This document shows positions 40,538 through 62,513 of a stretch of DNA of 64,000 bases, piece after piece; position 1 is the first letter of the stretch; each line of letters begins with the position of its first letter. Position numbers and translations under genes: made by a program. The notes below the pieces were generated by a model. It saw only the letters and a program-made list of their open reading frames with translations. It did no database searches and was not told where the DNA came from. This stretch comes from the human T2T-CHM13v2.0 reference genome, Homo sapiens. Location: assembly GCF_009914755.1 (NCBI RefSeq), contig NC_060947.1, one strand, 5' to 3'.

Positions 40538-42009
40538 TATTGTTTTTCCGTATCTTGTATCACCTTCTTAGTATGTTTAATTTGTTTCAAAATAATATAA
40601 ATTTGATCTGTTTTTTAAGCACGCCTTTCTGATACATTTTCATGGTATTTAGGGATATTACTTTGCTCCTTATTCTCTTTTCTTGTAGTTACTTCTTATG
40701 AGATTTTACCTTAACACGTTTTTGTTGCTCATTTTAATGTGAATTGGCTTTGACTCATCTTTTAGAAAGAGGCATGATTCAGATGGATTTTCTAACTTCA
40801 AAAGACACCCTGTCGTTATTTTTGTGTAATGTTAAACAATATGGCCACTTGTTTTCTGAGATTTCTTTTATCTTTTTCCCTCCCTGTCTTTGATTTAGAC
40901 CTTCCTTTTCCCTCCTCTCCACTGTTTCTAACATGTTCTAATTGTACTCAACTGCCAGGAGTTCCTCCTCAATACGGGGCTCCATCCTGGAAAGGGAGTC
41001 CTAGTGGGTCAATCTTATAGGTCATAGAGAATACACAGCTCCAAGCCCCTTTAGACCTCCTTAAGCTAGGCTCCTATATTTTATTTTATTTTTAATTATT
41101 TAATTTAATTTTTGTATATATCCTTCCATGTATCCCAATGCTTTTCATATTTATCATTTTCATCGGTTGCAAACATTTTCATTAAGTTTAAAATGCCATA
41201 ATTTTATAACCATTCTCTGTTAATGGCTGTTTGGGATATGTCCAGTTTTCCATAATAATACATAATACATAATGCTTTCTTTCTTCTGAATTATACCTTT
41301 AAAACATATCCAAGAGTGAGATTATTTATTAAAAAGGTATGAACATTTTATGGCTCTTGCTAAAAAGTACCAAATTGATCATCAAATTGACCAAAATCAT
41401 TTACAATGCCACTAAAAATCTATAAATGTGTTAATTTCCCCAATAGCCTCATCGCTGGTTTTAATAATGTTCCTTTATTGTTGCTAATTTTGGAGGTATA
41501 AAGTGACATGTCATTGCTGTTCTAATTTGCACTTCTTTGCTAGTTGCCAAGAATGCAGTTTCCTATGTTAATATATTAATGGTGTTTCATCTTATGTAAT
41601 CATTCTTCCCATCTTTTGACCACTGTCCACAGGGAACTTAATGTAAATTATAAAAACTCTTAGTATATTTTAGAAATGCATCTGCCATTATATATATTAA
41701 ATATAGTTTTCTCTTTTGTCACTTAACTTTTATCGTGGTTTTGTTGCATTTTAGTAGTACTAATTTTTGTGCAATCACACTGCCTATCTTTTCCTTTGTA
41801 ATTTATTTTCCTACTTTAATCAAATATTATCTCCCTCTCTAGACTGAATAAGTGCTCTATTTTCTCCTGTTTTTTTTAGCAATGTAATCACATTTTTGTG
41901 AATATTTCACACTTTAATTTTTGTGTTCTTGATTGGGATATGTCACATGAGGTATAGGTTTAAGTTAATTTTTCTCCATAGTAATCTCAAATTATCCCAC
42001 TATCATTTA

Positions 42010-49965
<7,956 letters not shown>

Positions 49966-50900
49966 TAGCTTTATTGAGATATAATTTACATACAATTCAT
50001 GCATTTAAAGTATACCATTCAATGGGTTTTAATATATTCACAGAGTTGTGCAATCATCACCACATTCAATTTCAGAACATTTTCATCACTCCAAAAAAAA
50101 ATCCTGCACCTCTTAGCTGTTACCCCAAGCACATCAGTCATGGCCCTTTCCCTGCATCCCTGCTAATAATCTACTTTTAATCTCTATAGATTTTCCTATT
50201 CTGGATATTTCATATAAGTGGTATCACAAAATATGTGGTCTTTTGTGACTAGCATCTTTCATTTAGCATAATGTTTCCAAAGTTAACTTACCAAAATATG
50301 AGAGTTTGAATTTCTCTACATCCTCACCAATATTGTTATAATCTGTATTTTTTATTATGACCGTCTTAGGGGGTGTGAAGTGATATATCCTCCAACTGTG
50401 TAACTGTTCCTTGTTTATTTTTTTCCAAGATTGTTCTGGCTATTCTGGATCCCTTGAATTTCCATATGTTGAACCCTTATAGCAAAACACATTATAATCA
50501 AATTGTAAAAATTCAAAGACAAAGAAAAAATTTTGAAAGCAGCAAGAGAAAAGCAACTCCTTATGTACAAGTGATCCTGCATCATATTATGAGTGAATTT
50601 TTCAGCAGAAATATTACAGGCCAGAAGGGAAGGGGGTAATATATTCAAAGTGCTTAAAGAAAGCAATTGTCAACCAAGAATATTGTACTTGGCAAAACTA
50701 TCTTTCAGAAATTAAGGACAAATTAAGATTTCTCCAGACTAAAAAAAAAACTTAGCTGGAGTGGTTTGTCACCACTAGGCCTGCCTTAGAAGAAATACTA
50801 AAGAGAGTTCTTCAGGTTAAAATAAAAGAGGTTAAACAGTAACACAAAAAGCATATGAAAGCATAAAACTCACTGTTAAAATTAAATATATAAGCAAATA
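49966..50900. mobile_element. L1MB-like 3' end (-) joined to an L1M ORF1-end segment (+)
   Basis: ctttattgagatataatttacatac... (reverse L1MB 3' end) runs to ~50468, then plus-strand ORF1-like aaaattttgaaagcagcaagagaaaagcaactc. Confidence 0.65.
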
Positions 50901-52896
50901 GAGAATGGCTGATTGGAAGCAGCTAGTGCATGACTCTCATGGAGAGGAATGAAAGGAGCAAGTAAATACAGCACGTTGAAATGAAACATCCAGGCACTTG
51001 CATTGGGACTAATCAAGGCAACAACTCGACGCACGGAGGATGGAGAAAACAAGGCAAGACAATGGCCCACCCAGAAGTGATATGGAACCAGAAGAACCTC
51101 TGCCAAGGAAGTGGTGAGTGAATGTGCTACCCCAGGAAATGATGCTTCTCCCACAGATCTTTGCAACTCTCAGGTCAGGAGATCCCCTTGTGAACCCACT
51201 TCACCAGAGCCTTCAGTCTGACACACAGAAATACCTGGAGTCTCAGCAGAGCAGTCACTTGGGCACGAGCAGAGACTTGGGAACAGCTCTGGGCAAAGTG
51301 GGAGAATCAATCCCTGTACATACCCCTAGCAAAGAGGCTGAATCCAGGGGGCCAAGCAGTGATGGTCTGCGGGCCCTACTTCTATGGCACCTCACAAAAT
51401 AAGACCCACTGGCTTGGAATTCCAACCAGCCACTAGCAGCAGTGTTGTGCCTACCTGGGACAGAGCTCCCGGGGGAGGGGTGGGCTGCCATCTTTGCTGT
51501 TTGGGCGACTTAGCAATTCCAGCCTGCAGGCTTTGGAGAGTCCAAACCAACTGGGTGCAGAAGGGATCCCGCAGCAGAGCACAGCTGCTCTATCCAAATG
51601 TGGCCAGACAACTTCATTAAGTGGGTCCCCAATCCCACTCCTCATCACTAGGCGGGACCCCGCAACTGAAGCCTCCAGCCACCCTCACTGGTGTTCTCTG
51701 GCTAAAAGAGATTTGAAAACTCCCTGGGACAGAGCTCCCAGAGGGAAGGGCAGGCTGTCGACTTTGCTGTTTGGGCAACTTATCCATTCCAGCCTCCAGG
51801 CTTTGGAGAGCCCAAGCTGACTGGGGATGGAAGTGGCACAGATGCTCTATGAAAGTGTGGTCAGACTTCTTCTTTAAGCAGGTCCCTGATCCTGTTTCTC
51901 ATGACTTGGTAAGACATCCCAATCGGGTCTCCAGCCACCTCCTACAGGTGCGTTTGGGCCAGCAACAGATCCATACCTCCTGGGCCAGAAGAAGGAACAG
52001 ATTGTTCTGTTCCCAGAAGAAGGAACAGATTGCTGTCTTTGCTGTTTCACAGCCTTTACTGGGGATACTTTAGGATACTAGAAGATCCAAGGCAACTAGG
52101 GATTGAAGTGGACCCCAAGCAAACCACAGCAGCCCTACAGAAAAGTGGCCAGACTGCTAAAAGAAAAAAAAAAAAAAAACTAAAGGTCAGCAACTTCAAA
52201 GATTGAAGGTAGAAGCCCACAAAGATGAGAAAGAATCAGAAAAAGAACACTGAAAACTCAAAAAGCCAGAGTGTCCTCTTTCCTCCAAATGAGTGCATCA
52301 ACTTTTCAGCAAGAGTTCAGAACTAGGTTGAGGCTGAGATGGCTGACATGACAGAAGTAGAATTCAGGATATGGATAGGAACGAACTTCATTCAGCAAAA
52401 GGATTACATTGTAATGCAATGCAAGGAAGCTAAAAATCATGATAAAACATTGCAAGAGCTGACAGACAAAATAGCCAGTATAGAAAGGAATGCAGTCAAC
52501 CTGATAGAGCTGAAAAGCACACTGCAAGAACTTCAGAATGCAATCACATGTATTAATAGCAGAATAGATAAAGCAGAGGAAGGAATTTGAGAGCGTAAAG
52601 ACTGACTTTCTGAAATAAGACAGACAAGAATACAGAAAAAAGAATGAAAAGGAATGAACAAAAGCTCTAAGAAATATGAGATTGTGTGAACGAACTGAAT
52701 ATATGACTGACTGGTGTACTGGAAAGAGATAAGGAAAATAGAACCAAGTTGGAAAACATGTTTCAGGATGTCATTCATGAGAACTTCCCCAACGTAGCTA
52801 GAGAGGCTAACATTCAAATTCAGGAAATGCAGAGAACCCCAGTAAGATACTCCATGAGAAGATCGTCCCCAAGACATTTAATCATCAGATTCTCCC
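50901..52896 (+). mobile_element. Older L1P 5' UTR plus partial ORF1, 3' end missing
   Basis: Internally repetitive GC-richer 5' UTR; ORF1 remnants (ENMFQDVIHENFPNVAREANIQIQEMQRTP) end abruptly at atcagattctcc. Confidence 0.82.
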
Positions 52897-53385
52897 AGTC
52901 TATTCTCAGAGTATTTGCTTTAATAGGACACTCCCTTACCCAAAACTCTACAATGGTACCACACTTTAATCAGGGTAAAAGTAAAAGTTCTTATAATGGC
53001 CCACAAGGTTATCTATGATCTGGCTTTTTGTTGCCTCTCTTACCTCATATTTTACTTTTCTTCCCCTCAATCATTCCATGCCAGCCTCTTTAGCCTCCTC
53101 ACTCTTTCTCAAACGTGCAGCAACACTCCCACCCATGGCTTGCCATTGCTGTATACTTGGAATATCCCTACATATGTTAAGTGTGCCTAGAACTACTGGG
53201 CACTCAAAAGTGTTGAATTGAATTTACAAAGTGCATAAATTAAACAACAGATTTTCTGAATGTAGGAGGTATAAGAGCACCTAATGGAGTCAAACAATCT
53301 CTTCATTGTACATTGCATTTTGTCTTCATTCTTTCTCTTGACTCTTCTTTCATGTGTTCAGCAGGCAGAGGAGGTAAGACGCTAG

Positions 53386-54870
<1,485 letters not shown>

Positions 54871-54926
54871 AATAAAGAATATCTCTACATACTGCCAAAA
54901 AAAAAAAAAAAAAAGATTCAGATCAC

Positions 54927-57091
54927 TCCCCTCCCGCCCCCGCCCTATATGTTGCCTGCCTCGGCCTCTGGGGCATGGAGCACGCGGCCCAGCCCTGGCG
55001 ATGGCGACGGCGACGGCGACGGCGGTGGTGGAGGAGCGCCTGCTGGCTGCGTTCGCCTACCTTCAGTGCGCCGTGGGCTGCGCGGTCTTCGCTCGGAATC
55101 GTCAGACGAACTCAGTGTACAGCCGCCACGCGCCACCCAGCCGCAGGCTCCGAGTGCCGGCGCGGGCCACCCGGGTGGTGCAGAAGCTGCCCTCACTGGC
55201 CCTGCCGCTCTACCAGTACACCAGTGAGTCCACCCCGCGCCTCCGCAGCGCGCCCAGCTGCATCCTCCTGGCCATGTTCCTCGTCCACTACTGGCATCGG
55301 TGCTTAATTTACCCATTTCTGATGCGAGGAGGAAAGCCTGTGCCACTGTTGGCGTGCACAATGGCGATTATGTTCTGTACCTGTAATGGCTATTTGCAAA
55401 GCAGATACTTGAGCCATTGTGCAGTGTATGCTGATGACTGAGTAAAAGATCCCCGTTTTCTAATAAATTTTGGCTTGTGGTTAACGGGCATGTTGATAAA
55501 CATCCATTCAGATCATATCCTAAGGAATCTCAGAAAAGCAGGAGATACTGGATACAAAATACCAAGGGGAGGCTTATTTGAATACATAACTGCAGGCAAC
55601 TATTTTGGAGAAATCATGGAGTGGCGTGGCTATGCCCTGGCCAGCTGGTCTGTCCAAGGCGCGACTTTTGCTTTCTTCACATTTTGTTTTTTATCTGGTA
55701 GAGCAAAAGAGCATCATGAGCGGTACCTCCGGAAATTTGAAGAGTATCCAAAGTTCAGAAAAATTATAATTCCATTTTTGTTTTAAGTGCATTTTCAACG
55801 AATTACCTTCAACTTGAAGCTTTCCAATGGTATTTTTCAATGGACTTTGTAAATAAGTTATATCTTTGTAATTTTCCTGCTACTTCATCATTTTCAAGAT
55901 GTCCTCTAGGAATTTTTTTTCTAGTAATTTTGCAAGCTACCTAATAAGTACCTAAATAAACTGAAACGGAGGTTGAGGTATCCTACTGTGTAACAGGTCA
56001 GAATTTCAAACTCCGGGTAATAACTGCTGACATTTTTTCTAATTTCAAATTTACCTCTTTTGGCTATGTCTTGCCAAGGGTGTACAAGACTAGAATTTGC
56101 AACTGTCTGATGGCATTTTCAGTCAAACTCCAGGTAATAACTGCTGACATTTTTTCTAATTTCGAATTTACCTCTTTTGGCTATGTCTTGCCAAGTGTGT
56201 ATAAGACTAGACTTTACGACTATCTTTGATGGCATTTTCAGAACAATAAATGTCACAATCCCTTCTATAGCCCCCTACGGTGATCCCTTCAAGGTCAACG
56301 GCAGTGTTGCTTCCCTTTCCCTGTAGGGCTGGGATCTGTCTTGGAGTCCTCTCTCGGAGGCCACAGAGGCCGGGGGTAGCCATTGTGAAGTCATGGCCTG
56401 GGGGAAAGTTGCCAAACTTCGTGTCAGGTGCTGTGTGTAAGTGGAGAACTTGGGGATAGAGGAGGAAGCTCCTTGTGGCCCTTCTAAGGCGGGGCAAAGG
56501 CATCTGGACTTGTTCCAGCCCAGCCCACCGGGTGACATCACCGGGCAGGGAGGGGTGCTGGTGGTGGTTCATAGGGAGTAAGCTGCTCTGCCTGTGTGAG
56601 TGGCTCCTGGGCCCTAAACAAGCACCTTTAGGCCATGGGTCACTCACCATGAGCCATCAATATGCTCTGGTCTGACATGGTTTCTCTCTGTCTTCTAGTC
56701 TAGACCTAGTCTTTTGTTCTGTTCCCCAGGTATGGATATACTAGAGATTGTTGTCTGTGAAATTTCTCCTTTGTAGAGTTTGAGTTTTCCCTTGTAGTGT
56801 AAAGAATGATCACCTTCTGTAACGATAGCAAGACCACTTTTTAAGATTTATCCTCTTTGTTCTTTGTTGATTGAAACATAATAATTACATTGTTAAAATT
56901 CTCTACAGCCTTCTTTTTCTTCCATAGCTAATCTTCCAATAGTTTTTGCTTTCTGTTTCGCTGTTGTTGCTTTGCAAAGCTTTCCCCTCATAGCCTGTAT
57001 CTGTTATCAATATAAAATAATCTTCCTGTTGAATGCTTCATGACTTGAATTCTACTTTGATAAAAACATTGCCATACTGCTTTAAAAAAAA
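54927..57091 (+). pseudogene. SRD5A1P1: Processed pseudogene of steroid 5-alpha-reductase type 1
   Basis: Intronless copy with 5' UTR, CDS 55001-55786 (MATATATAVVEERLLAA...NIHSDHILRNLRKAGDTGYKIPRGGLFEY...RKIIIPFLF), in-frame TGA at 55439-55441, long 3' UTR and short A-tract; direct repeats A8-GATTCAGATCAC at 54907-54926 and 57084-57103. Confidence 0.96.
56006..56241 (+). repeat. ~118-bp tandem duplication in the pseudogene 3' UTR
   Basis: 56006-56122 and 56123-56241 both read tcaaactcc.ggtaataactgctgacattttttctaatttc...gatggcattttcag, with several substitutions and a 2-bp indel. Confidence 0.93.
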
Positions 57092-58587
57092 GATTCAGAT
57101 CACAGCTTCTTTCTTCATTGGGAGAACGGGCACTCAGTCTGCTCTGCATGGAAACCAACGTCTTTGCTCATTCACATGTGCATTCTTGGGCATCTTTGAA
57201 ATATGAGTATCATCTTCCTTTCCAGTTTGCAGAGTAACAAATGTGTTTAGAGAGCACATTCAGTGAGTTTTCTGTCTGAACATTCTTTCTGAACATAATC
57301 AGCTATTTAGAACATGACTCACTCATCAAAAACATTGGTGTAGTTTGGAGAAACAATGTTCAGATTGCAGTTTCCCTCATCCTGCTGGGTAAAACCATTG
57401 CCTTTGGTCTGGCACATGTGTACTTGCATTACATTTAATTTAATAAATACTCATAGCTGAATGCTGATTTAAAACCTGGGAAGACACACTTGGGTGTTTA
57501 CAGTTAAAAACATTGCATACAACTAATTAAACTCATTCTTAACCTTTTTTTCTCAATTGACTTTTCCTCATTGAACATTTATGTGCTTACAGGGTCATTC
57601 TATTATAATCCTCTGTAATCTTCTGATGCCAGATCTGACATTCAAATACGACTGTCCTTTCTGTTGGTTACCTTTTAACATTGCAATGAAATTCAGTGGA
57701 TATTTAGTTTTAGACCCCAAGCTGCATTAATCTAATGGATCTCCACATTTTAGAATATCCTTCATGTATATATCATAAGTGAGAGAAATAAGTGATAAAG
57801 AATGAAGAGGGCAGATTTGTCAGAGTATCAATGCCTTGGGGTTATAAAAATGAATTTTTAAGGACACTGCTCATATTCATCATGTCTAAGAGAAAGTGAC
57901 TTCGTGTCAAATAGCTATTGGTAGTACTTTGGAATCAAAGATGTCAGTGGGGATGTAACAACTTATATAAAAAATTTCTTCTGTAAACACTCGTATTGGT
58001 GCAATCATCACTTTTTTTTTAACCTTTCAATTTTTTATCTTATTTGACTAGCCTGTAAAAAGTGTTCAGATAGGGGCAACCTCATTTATCCTGAAGAAAA
58101 AGCATTTACTATTAAAGAGTTTATTAGGCAACGAGCCCTGGGACTTTTAAAATGGAAGAACTGATGACACGTTCTTATTTTCTGGGTAATTTGTTTTCTC
58201 TTTGCTGTGTTCTAACCTCTATCTCAGAAGTGTTTTCTTAGTAAGCTAAAAAGATCGTAGGTCTCTATGTGGTTGTGGCACTTCATTATAGTTGTAAACA
58301 CTTTTAAAGACTCCAAACTCTTTCACATACACAAGAAATATTTCTCTCTGAAAACTCAAGGAAAATGCCATGATCATGTTAAATAGGAATCAGGTTAGAG
58401 AATTATGATCTATTTTTCTCAGCAAAGAGTTGCAAGCATATATGTGTTAGTCTTGGAAGATTCCATGATTACTTCCTTTCCTATGCTCCTTCGTTCCACT
58501 CCCAAATCCAGTAAGTCATCTATCCAAAATCTTTCCTAATGATAGCTTTTACACAAATCAACTCCTTTTTGTTCCTAATACCTTATT

Positions 58588-58797
58588 CTTATGGGTTGAA
58601 TTGTGTCCTACCCCGCAAAAAGATATGTTTAAGTCCTAACCCCCAGTACTTTTGAATGTGACCTTATTTGAAAATAGGGTCTTTTCAGATTTAATGAAGT
58701 TAAGATAACGTTCTTGTAAGAAAAGAGACACAGACATACATAGAGGAAAGACAGTCATGTGAAGACAGAGGCAGAGATTGGAGTTATGCTGCCACAT
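58588..58797 (+). mobile_element. MLT1 LTR, 5' half
   Basis: tatgggttgaattgtgtcc...gtcctaacccccagtac..tgaatgtgaccttatttg...gtgaagacagaggcagagattggagttatgctgccaca. Confidence 0.8.
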
Positions 58798-58849
58798 AAC
58801 TCCAGGGGACAGGGGCGGAAGATGGGAGAACAGTGGGGAATCTAGTGCA

Positions 58850-60200
58850 ATAAAATATAAATAAAAGATGATGGTGGCTTAGACTAGGATGGTAGTGATG
58901 GGTGATAAAAAGTCAGATTCTAGAAGGAAAGAAAAAGGAGGAGAGGGAAGGAGGGAAGGAGGAAAGACGGGTAGATATTATGGTAGAGTCAAACTAATTT
59001 TCTGGTGGATTGCATGTGAGGTATAAGAAGATAAGTAGCAGAGAAGAATCAAGAAGCGCTCCAAGGTTTTGGGCCTGAGCTAATAAAAAGGAAGGATGGA
59101 GTTGGTATTAAATAATATATGGAAGACTGTTAGTGGAGCAGGTCTGAGGGATGGGTGAAGCTCAGGAGTTCTGTTTTCATCATGTTAGTTTTGAGACGAT
59201 TATGAGATATCCAGGTAGATATGTCAAGTAAGAAGTTGGATATACAAATATTGAGTTTAGTGGAGAAATTTAGGCAAGAGCTATACATTTGGCAGTTAGA
59301 AGCACATATAAGGTATTTGAAACAAACAAGATAATGACCTTCAGAAGAACAGTTTAGTAGAATGGTGAGGGTGAATGCCTGTTTGGAGTGGGTTCAAAAA
59401 AGAATGGGAAAAGATGAATTGGAGACAGTTAGTGTAGACAACTCCATGAATTCTTATGTAAAGGGAAGACAGGAAATGGGATTATAAGTGGGGTCAACAA
59501 AAAATTACTTTAAGCTGAGAGGACTAATAGCATGTGTTTATGCTGAAGAAAAATTTATCCAGGAGAAAGGCAAAAACACCTGAGGGAGAAAGGAAAATTG
59601 CTGAAGTGATGTCTTTGAGTAGGCAAGAGGAGGATCTAATGTAGAGTTGGAAGGGTTGGCCTTGGATAGGCAGAAGCAATAAGAGTTCATCTTTTGCGAT
59701 AGGATAGACAGCAAAGAATATGGGTTCACACAAATGCATGTGGGTAGATGTTTTAGTAGGAGTCTGCAGAAGTTTTCTTCTAACCATTTCAGTTTTCTCA
59801 ATGAAGTAAAAAATATGAACACTAACTGACAGAGAAGTTGAGAGAGGAGGTGTTGGGTGCTTGAGGAGAGAGAAGAATGTGTGAAATAGTCATCTGGGAG
59901 AGTGAGTGTACAAACTAGACTAGAAAAAAGTGGTGGGATTTGCTAGATGGTACTAAGGGCCCACTTGCAGTTCAGGAAACCAGTCAACAAGGCTGTGGGT
60001 TGTCTCCAGTTATTTTCAGTTGCACAGTTGAATACACAGAGAAGTTGGATTTAGCCAGGATTGTAGTTTTGCCATATAAGAGATGGAGGCAATTGATTAG
60101 AGGGTATGTTTTACAAAGGATCCATATAATGATTGGCCATGCAATTTAAACTGGGAAAGGAAGAAGAAGAGGATATGAGACAGGCGAAGGACAGCGAACC
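58850..60200 (-). mobile_element. L2 LINE fragment(s)
   Basis: gatgatggtggcttagactaggatggtag, ctccaaggttttgggcctgagc, ggagttctgttttcatcatgttagttttgag, aagttggatatacaa. Confidence 0.75.
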
Positions 60201-61574
60201 ATGGTAGAGCATACCATGGCTAGACTCTTAATTCCATCTCCAGTGCTGAGAAGAACTAAAAAAAAAAAAAAAGAAGAGGGGTCCAGTAAATCATGGGAAT
60301 TGTATTAATGCCCTTTAGCTTGTAGAGAATGTGCCAGTACATAGGTCCCCATGGGACCTCAGCAATATGATGATCCATCAGAATTCACCACCTTTTCCAA
60401 AGGAATGTGTTGAGTTGAGGAGATGAGTTAATACTCACACAAGTGAAATGCAACCCTGGCTTGGTAGAGGGGTCCTGATATGTTTAACAGGACTTTAGGA
60501 GAGAAAATCTTCAACATAGATTTTTCTGCAAATACCCATGTAGCACCAACTGAATCTCCACCAATAATACCAATTCACCTAATAGAACTTCAGCACTGAG
60601 ACTACAGAAACAATACCCAGAGCTCATACTGCATGCAACTGGGGTTAAAAAGATGAACCTAGAAAAAGTGGTAATAATGTCAAAGTTCATTGTCATGCAT
60701 TAATAAAGAGCAAATAGAAGGTTCAGCCAAAGCTGCCAATAATAAGCAAGGGCAAAATGTAAAATTATAAAGTAACTATGCAAACATACAATTACAGAAA
60801 AGTAGGGAGGGAGGGGAAGGAAGAAGAGTGGAATAAAGGGAAAACTTAATCATTCTGGAGAAAAATATAACTAAACAAACAGAAACAACTTTTTTTTTCT
60901 GGAAGGGTTTCATGCTACAACAACAAAAAGGAAATAAAACACAAGTTAAAATAGAATATAATAAAACCAGAGAATGAAAAGAGAGATGATGGAGCTAAGA
61001 AAATGAAGTGATATGTTCTTAATACAGGCTGTAATATATAAATTGGAAACAGGAGGAAAATAGAGTCAATCTAATAAAGGAAATTTTTTTAAATGAATGC
61101 AAATGTACAGAAAAAAGGTATTAAACAACTAGGTGAAAGATAAGGAAGACAGATAAAGGTGATCCTATGATTGGGTCCCTGAAATAAGGAACATTTCCAT
61201 GAAGGAAGAATTGGATCGTCTAATCAAAAGGGCACACCATATATTAAGGAACACTCACACAATGCAAACATCATCAAAACATATTCTGGTTATTAAAACT
61301 GGAGTATGAATAACAATTATTTAAGTAGTCAGGCAGAAAAAGCAAGTTATGTGCAATGGGGGAAATTCTCCCTAGCCTCAGACTCTTCTGTAGAAGCTTT
61401 CCATGCTAGAAGATAGAGCAAAGTCATAAGGGAAAGTAAATGTGACTCCAAAATACTTTACCCAGACAAGTTGTTCAAGTGTAAAAGCAACAGGTAGATA
61501 TTCTCAGATATGAATAAATTAAAATTTCAGGAAATATAGCCCTAATGAGCTCCTCTTTAAAAAATACTACTTGA

Positions 61575-61985
<411 letters not shown>

Positions 61986-62396
61986 TCAACAACTGAAAGA
62001 ACTGTGATTGCAGAACAGCTTGTAAATAGTATAAGCCCTGATGAAATAAAACCAAAACAAGCCAAAAAAATAAAAAATGAAAGCTAGAGGGGAGGGAAAC
62101 GGAACAAGTGGCAAGATAACTAAGTAGCTGATTTTATAAGGTCGTGAGCTCAGTCATGTTGTTTAAAATTGAGATATGGAAAAAAGTAATTCACTAAAAT
62201 AAATAAATAAAATAAAATTGAGATATGGAGCCCTACAAGAAAGCATTACTTCAGTCTCCTAGTGCATCTTTATACTGTGTCTGCTTGCCTTAAAGGGATA
62301 TTTTAGGAACCAATATCTCTTATGGCAAATACAGGAAAAAAAATTTAATAGGTTTTATTATTAAAATAACATGCTTCTGTATCATCTTTTTCTTTT

Positions 62397-62513
62397 TTAA
62401 ATTTTTTATTTTACTTTAAGTTCTGGGATACATGTGCAGAACGTGCAGGTTTGTTACATAGGTATACATGTGCCATGGTGGTTTGCTGCACCTATCAACC
62501 CATCATCTAGGTG
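62397..62513 (-). mobile_element. Very short L1PA 3' end insertion
   Basis: ttttactttaagttctgggatacatgtgcagaacgtgcaggtttgttacatagg; probable TSD atctttttctttt (62384-62396) / atccttttctttt (62514-62526). Confidence 0.85.

Noticed and set aside
54945-55361. Alternative-frame and antisense ORFs (92, 110 and 138 aa) over the pseudogene 5' end
   Set aside because: Expected in GC-rich, stop-poor sequence; low complexity and no independent support.
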